NCBI GenBank assembly: GCA_963749075.1
Contig: CAVVLJ010000020.1
Span: 320,001-384,000, forward strand
Direction of reading: 5' to 3'
Source of the DNA: an uncultured Pseudomonadota bacterium
GTDB taxonomy: Bacteria; Pseudomonadota; Alphaproteobacteria; JACZXZ01
DNA length: 64,000 nt
A program made the position numbers and the translations under genes. The notes beneath the pieces are model-generated. The model had not been told where the DNA came from. It did not search any database and saw only the letters and a list, made by a program, of their open reading frames with translations. Below, piece by piece: positions 39,312 through 49,180 of the stretch (within the stretch, counting starts at the first letter, position 1; the number at the start of each line of letters is the position of its first letter).

Positions 39312-40135
39312 CTGGACTTGTATTTCTCGTGCATCTCTTCGAGGAACGGGCTCGGCTTCATCTTCCACTTGCGCTCGAGCTCGATCAAGGTCCCCTTCTT
39401 GTGCCACTCGACGCTCACGGCCCTGAGGAACTTGCCGAAAGGCCCGTCGAGGTCGCCGAGCCGGACGCCGATCGCCCATGGCTGCGGGTCCTCGCTCACG
39501 AAGGGCATCTCGTAATCCGCCCAATTCGGGTCGCCGCTCGAGAGCGTCGATTCGATGAGCGTGTCATCGAAGAGGAAGGCCAGGCAGTTGCCGTTCTGCA
39601 GGGCCTTCATTGCCGAGGGCAGGTCCGGGAAGACCACGAGCTCGGGCGAATACAGCGTCGTCACGCGCCTGTTGTAGTAGGCGCCCTCGACGGCACAGAC
39701 CTTCTGTCCCTTGAGATCCGACCACTTCTTCAGCTTGGCGGACTTCGGCGCCAGGACGTTGGTGGCGCCGGCGAAGTAGTTCGGCACGATCATTCCCACG
39801 ACCTTGCGCCGGTCCGGCGTATCGCCCATGGTCGCAAGGATCATGTCGATGCGCCCCTGGTTGAGGAACTCCATGCGGTTCGCACCGGTGACGGGCACCT
39901 TCTCGAGCTTGACGCCCAGGCGGTTGGCGATGTCCTGCGCCAGGTCGATCTCGAACCCGACGATATTGCCGCTGGGGTCGAGGTAGCCCCAGGGCCGGTA
40001 GTCCGGCTTGACGCCGACGACGATCTTTCCGTGCTGCTTGATCGCGGCGAGGGTGTCCTCGGCGGAGGCGCTGCCCGGGCCGCCCGAAAAGAGCCATGCC
40101 AACGACAGGAGCAATACCAGATACCGACGCTTCAT
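39308..40135 (-). CDS. Amino-acid ABC transporter substrate-binding protein (family 3)
   Basis: Signal peptide, VGVKPDYRPW, GFEIDLA, NRMEFL and DTPDRRK; AAGGAGG RBS. Confidence 0.92.
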   Translation of the reverse strand: MKRRYLVLLLSLAWLFSGGPGSASAEDTLAAIKQHGKIVVGVKPDYRPWGYLDPSGNIVGFEIDLAQDIANRLGVKLEKVPVTGANRMEFLNQGRIDMILATMGDTPDRRKVVGMIVPNYFAGATNVLAPKSAKLKKWSDLKGQKVCAVEGAYYNRRVTTLYSPELVVFPDLPSAMKALQNGNCLAFLFDDTLIESTLSSGDPNWADYEMPFVSEDPQPWAIGVRLGDLDGPFGKFLRAVSVEWHKKGTLIELERKWKMKPSPFLEEMHEKYKSS

Positions 40136-40156
40136 GTCCCGACCTCCTTCAATCCA

Positions 40157-41168
40157 TCACTTCTGGCGGTAGATCAGCCGCGGCCGCGCGGCCGGTACGG
40201 GTGCAGCACCTGCAGGGCGCTCGACGATCATCATATTCGCGGCAAAGGGCAGCTGACGCCGCACCGCCGGCACGACATGCTCCTCGAGCGTGTCCCAGGC
40301 GATGCGCGCGACGCATTCCGCCAACTCGTCGTACTCGCCGCGCCGATGGATGAGCACGACGTGACGGGAGAACTCGAAGCCTGGCAGCGGAAGCAGCAGA
40401 AGCTGAGCCATGTCCGGCCGACCATGCACGACGCACAGGGGAGTCGTGATCGCCCAGCCGACGCCCGCCGCGACCATGGCAAGCAGCGACTCCGACGAGT
40501 CCATCTCGACGCGGCGATGCGGCCTGAGCCCGATCCTGCGCAAGTGCCGCTCGATCTGGATGCCGATGTGCGAACGGGAGGAGTAGCGGATCATCGGGCC
40601 GGCTTCGGCGAGCGCCTCGAAGCTCGCGCCGTGCGCCGTGCTTGCCATCGCCTTCGGCACGGCCAGAACGAAGGGTTCGCGCAGGAGCGGCACCTGACGC
40701 AAGCCGTCAACGTCCTCGATCTCTTCCGCGCAGATCACCAGATCGACGTTGCGGCTGAGGAAATCCTGGCTCAGCCGGGCCGTCAGGCCCGACCAAAGCA
40801 TCAGGTTCTCGACCTTTGCCATGAACATGCGGGCGACATGGGGCCCGACCGTGCCGGCAATGGAGTCGATCAGGCCGATGCGCAGCTCCGGGATGGTGGC
40901 CGCACTGCGGGTGGCGGCCACAAGCTGCTCCGCCTCCTCGATGATGTGCTCGGCGCGATGCGTCAGCACGACGCCGCTCGCGGTCAGGCGAAGCGGCCGG
41001 CGCGTGCGGTCGAAGAGCGGCGTGCCGACTTCGCGTTCGATCTGATGGACGACCTGGGAAACGGCGGATTGGGTCAAGCCCAGGAACCTCGCCGCATCCG
41101 TCATGCTGCCTCTCGCGGCGACGGCCGAGAGAATTCTGAGAGCCCTCAGAATCCAACGACGAGCGCAT
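40157..41168 (-). CDS. LysR-family regulator (one extra base at ~41150)
   Basis: HTH 'GSMTDAARFLGLTQSAVSQ...LFDR'; ATG 41168 gives MRSSLD and removing one T continues LRALRIL. Confidence 0.85.
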
Positions 41169-41329
41169 GGCGCCGTTACGATCTCCCACGACGAGCGGCG
41201 AATTCGCCGCCGCATCCTACCGGTCCGCTGCCGGCGCGCCAAAATGGGCGTGCCCCTACCAGAAAATCTAATCAATGATAGTGGCAAACCTAATGATGTG
41301 TCACCCCGCCGGCGCGCCGGGACGCAAGA

Positions 41330-42484
41330 TCAGGCATCGTGCCGCAGCGGAAGCCATCCCCGTCTCTGCCGCCAGTCCTCCTCAAGTCCCGAGAAGCGCG
41401 CGAGGCGAAGCGGCGACAGGTCGGCGAAGCCGCAGCGGCCGCGGAGGACGAGCTCCATGACGGCCTTGCCGCTCGCGGGCGACAGGCCGAAGCCGACGCT
41501 CGACATGGTGGCGACGACGACGTTCCCCGGCGTCTCCAGCCGGTCGATCACCGGCCGTCCGTCCGGCGTGTTCTCGACGAGCCCGGCCCAGCTCCTGAGC
41601 ACGCGCGCATGCGCGGCACCCGGGAAGAGCGCCGCAAGCCGGCGCGCGATATTGCGCAAGAGCGGCGTGCCGGCATTCGCCCGCGCCGCCGCCTCCGCGT
41701 CCCCGAGCCATTCATGGGGGCCGCCGCCGTAGACAAGGTTTCCACGCAGGGTCTGGCGCCCGTAGAGTCCGTTGCCGTCGACGCCGCCGTAGCGCATCGG
41801 CGGCAGCGCTTCCGTCACGATCATCTCGGCGCGCGCGGGAGCCATTGGCACCGCGGCGCCGACCATCGCGGCCAGCCGCCCGGTTTGCGGCCCGGCCGCG
41901 ATCACCAGCGCATCGCAGCCGAAGTCGCCGCGGTCCGTCCTGACGCCCGCCGCCCGATCGGCGCCGAGTGCTATCCCGGTGACCGTGGTGTGTTGCGCGA
42001 TGCGGCCGCCCAAGTCCTGCAGCGCCCAGGCGTAGGCCTGAACCGTGCGCTGCGGATTTGCGTGGCCGCCGAAATGAAGGAAGAGGCCTCCCGAAGCGGC
42101 GTTTCCGGCGAGCGGCACCAGCTCGGCGAGCTGCTTCGCATCGAGGGGCTCCGTCTTGAAGCCCTGATATCCGGCCGCTCTTGCGATTTCTCCGCAGCGC
42201 TCGCGATCTTTCTGGCTCGAGGCAACGCGGATGCGGCAGGGGCGGAATTCGGTGGGATAGCGGAGAAGTTCGTCCATCTGCGGCCACAGCCGCTGCTCCT
42301 CGGCGAACAGCGGGCTGTGCGGATGGGTCGCCCCGCCGCCGTTCCGTCCGGATGCCTCCCAGCCGACGATGCCCCTCTCGATCACCAGAACGTCGGCGCC
42401 GGAGCGGGCGAGCCACCAGGCGGCGCTCAATCCCGTGACGCCGCCGCCTATGACGATGACCGAGGCTCCCTTGGTGGCGCGCAT
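41330..42484 (-). CDS. FAD-dependent amino-acid oxidase subunit (DadA/SoxB/OoxB/HcnC-like)
   Basis: GGGVTG, EASGRNGG, WAGLVENTPDGRPVI and GFGLSPASG. Confidence 0.85.
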   Translation of the reverse strand: MRATKGASVIVIGGGVTGLSAAWWLARSGADVLVIERGIVGWEASGRNGGGATHPHSPLFAEEQRLWPQMDELLRYPTEFRPCRIRVASSQKDRERCGEIARAAGYQGFKTEPLDAKQLAELVPLAGNAASGGLFLHFGGHANPQRTVQAYAWALQDLGGRIAQHTTVTGIALGADRAAGVRTDRGDFGCDALVIAAGPQTGRLAAMVGAAVPMAPARAEMIVTEALPPMRYGGVDGNGLYGRQTLRGNLVYGGGPHEWLGDAEAAARANAGTPLLRNIARRLAALFPGAAHARVLRSWAGLVENTPDGRPVIDRLETPGNVVVATMSSVGFGLSPASGKAVMELVLRGRCGFADLSPLRLARFSGLEEDWRQRRGWLPLRHDA

Positions 42485-42523
42485 TCCGACCGCGTGACTT
42501 GACGAAGATATCTGCAATGGCCG

Positions 42524-44212
42524 TCAGCCGCCCCGGCGCGTGCCGCGGCGCGCCGTGCCGCCGTCGCCCGCGGACGGCGCGTCGATCTCCCAGAACGGCG
42601 TCCACTGGCCGGGAATGCCGAACCACGCGTCCCACTCGGCGGCCATGGCCGTGACTTCCTCCCTGTCCTGGAGCACCGCCAGCGGCAGCGGCCGCACGGG
42701 CGCGCGGTAGCTGGGGAGCGGGATGCGGCCGACGTCGAGGTCCGCCGCCAGGGCCAGCAGCATGGCGACCTGCTCCCGGCAACGCCGCCCCTGGCAGTGG
42801 CCCATTCCCGCCCGCGTGAGACGCTTCAGCTGATCCTGGTTCGGCGGGCCGTCGGCGAGCAGGGTCTTGAGATCGCGCGGCGGGTTGCTCGAGCCGCTCC
42901 ATTCGAGGTAGCGCGGCGGGCGGACGTCCAGGATATCGCGGCAGGTGACCTCCTCGCACTGACAGACCACTGTGTCCTGCCAGCCCATGTTGAGCAAGGC
43001 CTTGACCCAGCTGAGGCGGCTGTCCGTCGGCTGCGACCGCGGCCGCGGCAAGGACGGCAGCACCGCCGCGCGGCGCGCGAACGTAGCCTCGTCGATGGCG
43101 CCGAGCGACAGGGCGGCGCTCAGGGCGGCAGTGCGGCCCTCCGTCTCCGCCACGATGGACTCGAGCGTCTTCTCCGCAAAGATGCCGGCACAGTCGCCGG
43201 CCGCGAAGGCGAAGGGCAGCGAGGTGCGCTGCCGGGAGTCGACCGCCGGGACGTGCCCGCCCAGCATGGCGTCGTAAGCGATATCGCAGCCGAGCACGTC
43301 AAGAAGCTCGATGTTCGGAACGGCGGCGATGCCGAGACACACCGTATCACAGGCAATCGCCCGCTCGCTTCCCGGGCGGGGATGGAGCGCAGAATCGACC
43401 TCCAGGATCGTCGCGCGGCACACGCCGTCGGCGCTCCCGTCGACCTGCGAGACGACGGAGGAGGGAACGAGCTGGACGCCCGCGTCCTGCAGTCTCTTGA
43501 TGAGATGGCGCGGACCGTGCAGCGCCGGCGCCACCTCGATTATGGCTGCCACCTCGACGCCTTGGTCGAGCGCCGCCGCTGCCGTAGAGAGGGCCTCGGC
43601 GCCGGAGCCGAGGACGACGATGCGGCGGCCTGCAAACGCCCGATAACGCGTGAGCAATGCGTGGGCGGCGCCAATTCCCATCACGCCGGCCATGTGCCAG
43701 CCGGGAAACGCCATGCCCATGTCGCGCCGGCCCGCCGCGATCACGACGCGCTCGAAGCCGACGAGCCACGATCCCTTGTCGTCCGCCAGTCCCATGACGG
43801 GCCCGGGCATCCAGTGGACGCCGGGACCGTTGGCAAAGGCGCCCCACGCGCAAGTGCCGAGCCGCACGTCGACGCCGAGCTCGAAGGCTTCCTCGATCGC
43901 GGGGTCCGCGGCAGCGATCCGCTCGAGCATGCGGCCGCGATGCCGGCTCGAGCCGTCCATGCGCTGCCCGAAATGCAAGGGAACATCCAGGCCCATCATC
44001 GCCGCGTCGATCGGATGCTCGTCGACCAACATGACCTTGAGCCCGAGCCCTGCCGCCTCGCGGGCCGCAGCGAGTCCGGCCGGGCCCACGCCCAGCACGA
44101 GAAGCTGCGCGTGCTCCTGCGCAACCGGCGTCTTCCCCGCGACGGACCGAGCATCGACGATTTCCCGCACCGCACCGCTCCTGGGGCCAGGTCGATCAGG
44201 ACCGCCATTCAT
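42524..44212 (-). CDS. NAD(P)/FAD oxidoreductase with BFD-like [2Fe-2S] domain (OoxA/HcnB-like)
   Basis: GVGPAG, FPGW, AAGDCAG, VCQCEEV, KRLTRAGMGHCQGRRC and RAPVRP. Confidence 0.85.
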   Translation of the reverse strand: MNGGPDRPGPRSGAVREIVDARSVAGKTPVAQEHAQLLVLGVGPAGLAAAREAAGLGLKVMLVDEHPIDAAMMGLDVPLHFGQRMDGSSRHRGRMLERIAAADPAIEEAFELGVDVRLGTCAWGAFANGPGVHWMPGPVMGLADDKGSWLVGFERVVIAAGRRDMGMAFPGWHMAGVMGIGAAHALLTRYRAFAGRRIVVLGSGAEALSTAAAALDQGVEVAAIIEVAPALHGPRHLIKRLQDAGVQLVPSSVVSQVDGSADGVCRATILEVDSALHPRPGSERAIACDTVCLGIAAVPNIELLDVLGCDIAYDAMLGGHVPAVDSRQRTSLPFAFAAGDCAGIFAEKTLESIVAETEGRTAALSAALSLGAIDEATFARRAAVLPSLPRPRSQPTDSRLSWVKALLNMGWQDTVVCQCEEVTCRDILDVRPPRYLEWSGSSNPPRDLKTLLADGPPNQDQLKRLTRAGMGHCQGRRCREQVAMLLALAADLDVGRIPLPSYRAPVRPLPLAVLQDREEVTAMAAEWDAWFGIPGQWTPFWEIDAPSAGDGGTARRGTRRGG

Positions 44213-44488
44213 GCCGCCCGCTCCCCGCGCGGGCGCCGATCGGGGCGACGATGACACGCGCCTTGAGCTCCGGCAAATGGCCGGCTAGGAGAATTAGCTA
44301 GATCGCTGGCAGACATAAGCGCGCATCCGGGTGCTTGCCGGGCATGCGCCCTCAGACTCTAGCGTTGGAACCACAAGATTTAGGGGGTCAAGCCCGAAAT
44401 TCGTCGATTTTTGGACTTCACTTCATCACGCTGTCACAATATGGTTCTATGCCTTGCGCGAGTGAGCGGCGGAGAGTGAGCGGACGGG

Positions 44489-45049
44489 ATGCTTTCACCG
44501 AACAGTTGGCCCGCGTTGGTGTTGAACGCCGATTTCCGGCCGCTCAGCTACTTCCCGCTTTCCCTGTGGTCATGGCAGGAGACGATCAAGGCCGTCTTCC
44601 TCGAACGGGTCAACATCGTCTCGCAATATGACGAGCTCGTGCATTCGCCGACCATGGCGATGCGGCTGCCGAGCGTGATCGCGCTCAAGGAATATATCCC
44701 GGCGGCGCGGCGTCCGGCCTTCACCCGTTTCAACGTCTTTCTGCGCGACCATTTCACCTGCCAGTACTGCGGCTCGCGCCGGCCAACCCAGGAGCTCACC
44801 TTCGACCATCTGGTGCCGCGCTCGCGCGGCGGGCACACGACCTGGCAGAACGTGGTCACCGCCTGCGGCCAGTGCAATCTTTTGAAGGGCAACCGGCTTT
44901 CCAGGGAGTCGGGTCTCTACCCGCGCACGCGGCCGTTGCCGCCCACCACCTACGAGCTCCAGGCGAACGGCCGCGCCTTCCCGCCGAACTATCTCCACCA
45001 GAGCTGGCGGGACTTCCTTTACTGGGATACCGAGCTCGATCCGAACTGA
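44489..45049 (+). CDS. HNH endonuclease (conserved McrA-like family)
   Basis: [32 protein letters not shown] and [11 protein letters not shown]. Confidence 0.9.
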   Translation: MLSPNSWPALVLNADFRPLSYFPLSLWSWQETIKAVFLERVNIVSQYDELVHSPTMAMRLPSVIALKEYIPAARRPAFTRFNVFLRDHFTCQYCGSRRPTQELTFDHLVPRSRGGHTTWQNVVTACGQCNLLKGNRLSRESGLYPRTRPLPPTTYELQANGRAFPPNYLHQSWRDFLYWDTELDPN

Positions 45050-46377
45050 GCCGGGAGGGCAAGCGCCTCCGCCGGATAGATCGGGAAGCGGCGCGTCAGC
45101 GCCCGCACTTGCGCATGCACGGCGCCCTCGACCGCGTCGTTCTGCCGGGGCGCCCGGGCGAGCCCGTCGAGAACTTGGGCGATCCAATTGCCCGTCGCCT
45201 GGAACTCGGGCACGCCGAAGCCGCGCGTGGTGGCGGCCGAGGCGCCGAGCCTGATGCCCGAGGTGAGGGAAGGCTTCTCCTCGTCGAAGGGCACGGCGTT
45301 CTTGTTGCAGGTGATGCCGGCGCGCTCGAGGCTCTCCGAGGCAGCCAGGCCCTTGAGGCCCTGGCGCCGCAGATCGAGAAGCACGATCGGCGTGTCCGTG
45401 CCGCCGCCCACCACGTCGTAGCCGCGCGCGGCGAGGATGGCGGCGAGTGCACGGGCATTCTCCAGCACGGCATGGGCGTAGAGGCGGAACTCGGGCCGCA
45501 ACGCCTCCGCCAGGCACACCGCCTTGGCGGCGAGCGCATGGAGGAGGGGGCTGCCCTGCACGCCCGGAAAGACCGCCTGGTTGATGCGGCGCGCCAGCGT
45601 CTCGTCGTTCGAGAGGATGACGCCGCCGCGGGCACCGCGCAGCGATTTGTAGGTCGTGGTCGTCGCCACGTCGGCGTATGGCAGCGGGTTCGGATGGACG
45701 CCGCCGGCGACCAATCCGGCAAAATGGGCCATGTCGACGAGGAGCTTGGCACCCGCCTCGTCGGCGATGGCGCGCATGCGCAGGAAGTCGATCGCCCGCG
45801 GGTAGGAGGAGCCGCCGGCCACCACGAGCTTCGGCCGGTGCGCACGCGCGAGGGCTGCCACCTCGTCGTAATCGATGAGGCCGTCCTGGCGGCGCGTGCC
45901 GTATTGCACGACGCGGTGGAACTTGCCGCTCTGGTTGAAGGGCGCGCCATGGCTCAAATGTCCGCCGGCGTCGAGCGCCATGGAGAGTACCGCGTCGCCC
46001 GGCTCGAGGAGAGCCATGAACACCGCCTGGTTCGCCTGGCTTCCCGAATGGGGCTGCACGTTGGCGAAGCGGCAGCCGAAGAGAGCGCAGGCACGCTCGA
46101 TGGCGACGCGCTCGACCACGTCCACGTTGGCGGCACCGCCATGGTAGCGCCGGCCCGGCAGCCCCTCGACCGTCTTGTTGGTAAGCAGCGAGCCCTGCGC
46201 CTCGAGCACGGCGCGGCTTACGATGTTCTCCGACGCGATGAGCTCGATCACGTCCCGCTGGCGCGCGTATTCCTGGGCGATGGCCTCGGCGATGGTGGGA
46301 TCGATCTCGCCGAGGTGCGCGGTGAAATAGCCGGCATGGAGGACCGGCCCGCGGCCGTCCTCGTCCGCATCGCTCAT
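45019..46377 (-). CDS. Serine hydroxymethyltransferase paralog with altered active site
   Basis: ELIASEN, NVQPHSG, GGHLSHG, VDMAH and SGIRLG are present, but TNKTVEG..RRYHGG and [10 protein letters not shown] replace the canonical motifs. Confidence 0.88.
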   Translation of the reverse strand: MSDADEDGRGPVLHAGYFTAHLGEIDPTIAEAIAQEYARQRDVIELIASENIVSRAVLEAQGSLLTNKTVEGLPGRRYHGGAANVDVVERVAIERACALFGCRFANVQPHSGSQANQAVFMALLEPGDAVLSMALDAGGHLSHGAPFNQSGKFHRVVQYGTRRQDGLIDYDEVAALARAHRPKLVVAGGSSYPRAIDFLRMRAIADEAGAKLLVDMAHFAGLVAGGVHPNPLPYADVATTTTYKSLRGARGGVILSNDETLARRINQAVFPGVQGSPLLHALAAKAVCLAEALRPEFRLYAHAVLENARALAAILAARGYDVVGGGTDTPIVLLDLRRQGLKGLAASESLERAGITCNKNAVPFDEEKPSLTSGIRLGASAATTRGFGVPEFQATGNWIAQVLDGLARAPRQNDAVEGAVHAQVRALTRRFPIYPAEALALPAQFGSSSVSQ

Positions 46378-47160
46378 GCCGCCGCGGCCTCGAGGAGGCA
46401 ATCGTCGGCGAGGAGTGCGAGCGGCGCGAAGTCCCGGTGGTGCTTGTAGTCGGGCCGCGCGAAGCGCCTTTGCGCGTTGGCGACCGGATTGGCGATGAGC
46501 GAGAAGATGCGCCGGCTCCAGGGCGAGAGGTTGGGCGGCGAGGCGTGCACCAGGCAGTCGCCGAAGATGAGCGCCGTGCCCGCGCGTCCGGTCGCGGACA
46601 CGATGCCGTGCGCGTCGGCGAGCCGCGCAATGGTGTCGCGCTCGACGACCCAGAGCGGATAGCTCGTGGAGGTCGTGTCGAGCTCGGCCGGCGCCGGGCC
46701 GTGGCGCTGCGAGCCGGGGATGAAATAGAGCGGCCCGTTGAACTCGCTCACCTCGTCGAGGAAGACGTGGAGGTTGAGCGCCAACGGCTCGGGCACGCCG
46801 TCCTCATGGTGGTGCGTCGCGAAGTCGTAGTGCCACTGCCAGGCCTCGCCCTCGAAGGCGGCCTTGACGTTGACCTTGACCTGCTGGGCATAGAGCCGCT
46901 CGCCCAGGAGCTGGAAGGCGGGCTCGAGGAGGCGCGGATGGCGCACGAGCTTGGCATAGGCAGCACTCCTGAGATGGAGGCCCATGGCGGTGCGCACCTC
47001 GCCGCTCAGCTTCTCGCGCACGTTGGCGGCGCTGTCCTCGGCGAAGAGCGGGAGGAGCGCCTGGCGCAGCACCTCGACCTCGCGCGGCGAGAAGAGCGCC
47101 GGGAGCACGAGAAAGCCCCGGCGCCCGAACTCGTCCACCTGCTTAGCACTGAGTTCGCAT
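46374..47160 (-). CDS. PhyH/EctD-like Fe(II)/2-oxoglutarate dioxygenase (one extra base just after the ATG)
   Basis: WQWHYDF (HxD), [10 protein letters not shown] and [12 protein letters not shown]; GAGGAGG RBS before ATG 47160. Confidence 0.85.
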
Positions 47161-47226
47161 GACCGCCTCCTCGCCTGCTGCGCGGCAATTCTCCGCCAAA
47201 GCTCCGGTGTGATGCAAGACGCCACG

Positions 47227-47325
47227 CCCCCCTCCCCAGCCCTCCCCCTCAAGGGGGGAGGGAGAAGATAGCGGGGTCCACCTCGCTTCCCCTCCCCCCT
47301 TGAGGGGGAGGGTAGGGTGGGGGGT
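47227..47325. repeat. REP-like doublet
   Basis: CCCTCCCCCTCAAGGGGGGAGGG...CCCTCCCCCCTTGAGGGGGAGGGTAGGGTGGGGG. Confidence 0.8.
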
Positions 47326-47350
47326 ACGCTTGATCCCGTAGCCGGCTTCG

Positions 47351-47914
47351 CTACACCCGCGTCGAGAGCCAGATGGCGAGGCGCGAGGCGGCTTTGATGG
47401 CGCCGGAGAGGAGGGGATAGGCGGGAGCCGCCTCGGCGCCGTGGGCGAGAGCGGTCTCCTTGTGCTCGACCTCGTGCTGGCGGAACTCCTCAACCGTGCT
47501 CTTGAGCGCCGCCTCGTCGTCGCCGAGCGCTGCCGCCTGGCGCGCGTAATGCTCGTCGATCACCTCCTCGACCGCGACGGTGCAGGCCATTGCCGCGCGC
47601 CCGCCCAGGAGCGCCGTAGCAGCACCGAGGGCGAAGCCCGCCACGTGCCAGAGCGGGTAGAGGACCGTCGGGCGCACGCGGCGCTCGACGATGAGCCGCT
47701 CGAAGGCTTCGAGGTGGCGCTCCTCTTCTGCGGCCATCTTGCGGATGGCGGCTGCCTCGGGGCTGCTGCCGAGCACGGCGAGCTGGCCGTCGTAGATGCG
47801 CTTGGCGCCGAATTCGCCCGCATGGTCGACGCGGATCATGCGCTTGACGAGCTCTGCGCGGTCGGGATCGCCCGGCCAGCGCTCGGCCGCGGTCTCCTTG
47901 ACAGGCTCGCTCAT
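47351..47914 (-). CDS. coq7: Demethoxyubiquinone hydroxylase (di-iron)
   Basis: MIRVDHAGEFGA, EERH, VEEVIDEHY and EVEH. Confidence 0.92.
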   Translation of the reverse strand: MSEPVKETAAERWPGDPDRAELVKRMIRVDHAGEFGAKRIYDGQLAVLGSSPEAAAIRKMAAEEERHLEAFERLIVERRVRPTVLYPLWHVAGFALGAATALLGGRAAMACTVAVEEVIDEHYARQAAALGDDEAALKSTVEEFRQHEVEHKETALAHGAEAAPAYPLLSGAIKAASRLAIWLSTRV

Positions 47915-48447
47915 GAGCGGGCTCCCCTCCACGCCCGGCGCGCCGCGTAGAGAGCGAAGAGCGCCAGGCAAAGTGCTATGGCGAAATTGTAGCCCGCCAT
48001 GGAGATGCCGAACAGCGACCAGGGGATGCTGTCGCAGCGCACGACGGGTGCCGCCAGGATCTGCTGCCGGAGTGCCGCGAGCGAGCCGGCGGGAGCCGAC
48101 CCGGCGGCTCCGGTGCAGGCGGCAGTGCCTTCCCACCAGTGGTGCTCGACGCCCACATGGAAGGCGGCGATGCCGGCATCGGCGAGGAAGGCGAGGGCCG
48201 CGAGGGAGAGGGCGGCGCCGCGCAACCGGCGATCGGCGAGGAAGAGGGCGAGAGCCGCAAAGGCGATGGCGACGCCGTAGGGGTAGCGTTGGTAGATGCA
48301 GAGCACGCAAGGCTGGAGCTTGCCCACATATTGGAAGAGGAAGGAGGTGCCGAGGACGGCGGCCGAGGCGGCGAGGATGAGGGCGCCCGGCGCGTGGCGG
48401 CCGCGGGCCAGCCGGTCGAGCAAGGATTGCCGGGTGCGTTCGGACAA
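47911..48447 (-). CDS. dsbB: Disulfide bond formation protein B family
   Basis: PCVLCIYQR, HVGVE, VVRCD and FGISMAGYN. Confidence 0.88.
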   Translation of the reverse strand: MSERTRQSLLDRLARGRHAPGALILAASAAVLGTSFLFQYVGKLQPCVLCIYQRYPYGVAIAFAALALFLADRRLRGAALSLAALAFLADAGIAAFHVGVEHHWWEGTAACTGAAGSAPAGSLAALRQQILAAPVVRCDSIPWSLFGISMAGYNFAIALCLALFALYAARRAWRGARS

Positions 48448-48456
48448 GGGCGGCTC

Positions 48457-49035
48457 CTAGAGAAAGCGCAGCACGAGGAAGCCGCCCACGAGTGCCGCTG
48501 CGAAGAGGCTCGTCATGAGGGCGAGGCGCCGCTCGATGAAGAGGCGGACCCTATCGCCGAAGCGCCAGAGCAGGGCCGCCACCAGGAAAAAGCGCAGGCT
48601 GCGCGAGACGAGCGAGGCCAGCGTGAAGGCCGCGAGGTCGAACTTGAGGGCGCCGCTCGCGATCGTGATGAGCTTGTAGGGGATGGGCGTCATGCCCTTG
48701 ATCATGATGATCCACGCCCCCCACTCGGCATAGGAGGCCTTGAGCGCCTCGTACTTGTCCATCACGTGATAGAACTCGAGCACGCGCACGCCGATGGTCT
48801 CGAAGGCGAAATAGCCGATGGCGTAGCCGAGATAGCCGCCGGCGACCGAGGCCAAGGTGCACACGCCGGCCAAGAGGAAGGCGCGGCGCGGCCGCGCCAG
48901 CACCATGGGGATGAGCAGCACGTCCGGCGGAATGGGGAAGAGCGAGCTCTCGATGAAGCTCACGGCGGCGAGGCCCCAGATGGCGTGGCGATGGCCGGCG
49001 ATCGTGAGAGTCCAGTCGTAGAGCCGTCGCAGCAT
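48457..49035 (-). CDS. YqaA/DedA-family membrane protein
   Basis: ESSLFPIPPD, TPIPYK and SRSLRF. Confidence 0.9.
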   Translation of the reverse strand: MLRRLYDWTLTIAGHRHAIWGLAAVSFIESSLFPIPPDVLLIPMVLARPRRAFLLAGVCTLASVAGGYLGYAIGYFAFETIGVRVLEFYHVMDKYEALKASYAEWGAWIIMIKGMTPIPYKLITIASGALKFDLAAFTLASLVSRSLRFFLVAALLWRFGDRVRLFIERRLALMTSLFAAALVGGFLVLRFL

Positions 49036-49180
49036 CGCGATCCCTTGCTACCTCGTGGCCGCGCCGGTTTAGCAGGCGATGGCTGAGAGAGCAATGTCGC
49101 ATCCGGCCGCAGGCTCGGCTAGGCTTGCCCCGCGCAAATGGGGCGAAATCGCGGCGCGCGGCGCAGAGGGCGGCGGGGCG

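Noticed and set aside
41330-44212. Calling the oxidase HCN synthase
   Set aside because: No hcnA, and linkage to an uptake ABC system and LysR points to catabolism.
37500-44292. GCCGG..TAGG similarity at both ends of the oxidase islet as a target duplication
   Set aside because: Too short and imperfect to be meaningful in GC-rich sequence.
44489-45049. HNH nuclease as a mobile, Cas9/IscB-like or restriction element
   Set aside because: Small stand-alone conserved family in its usual neighbourhood; no RuvC motifs, methylase, array or terminal repeats.
46374-47160. Calling the dioxygenase ectD
   Set aside because: The signature deviates (WHYDFATHH versus WHSDFETWH) and no ectABC genes are nearby.
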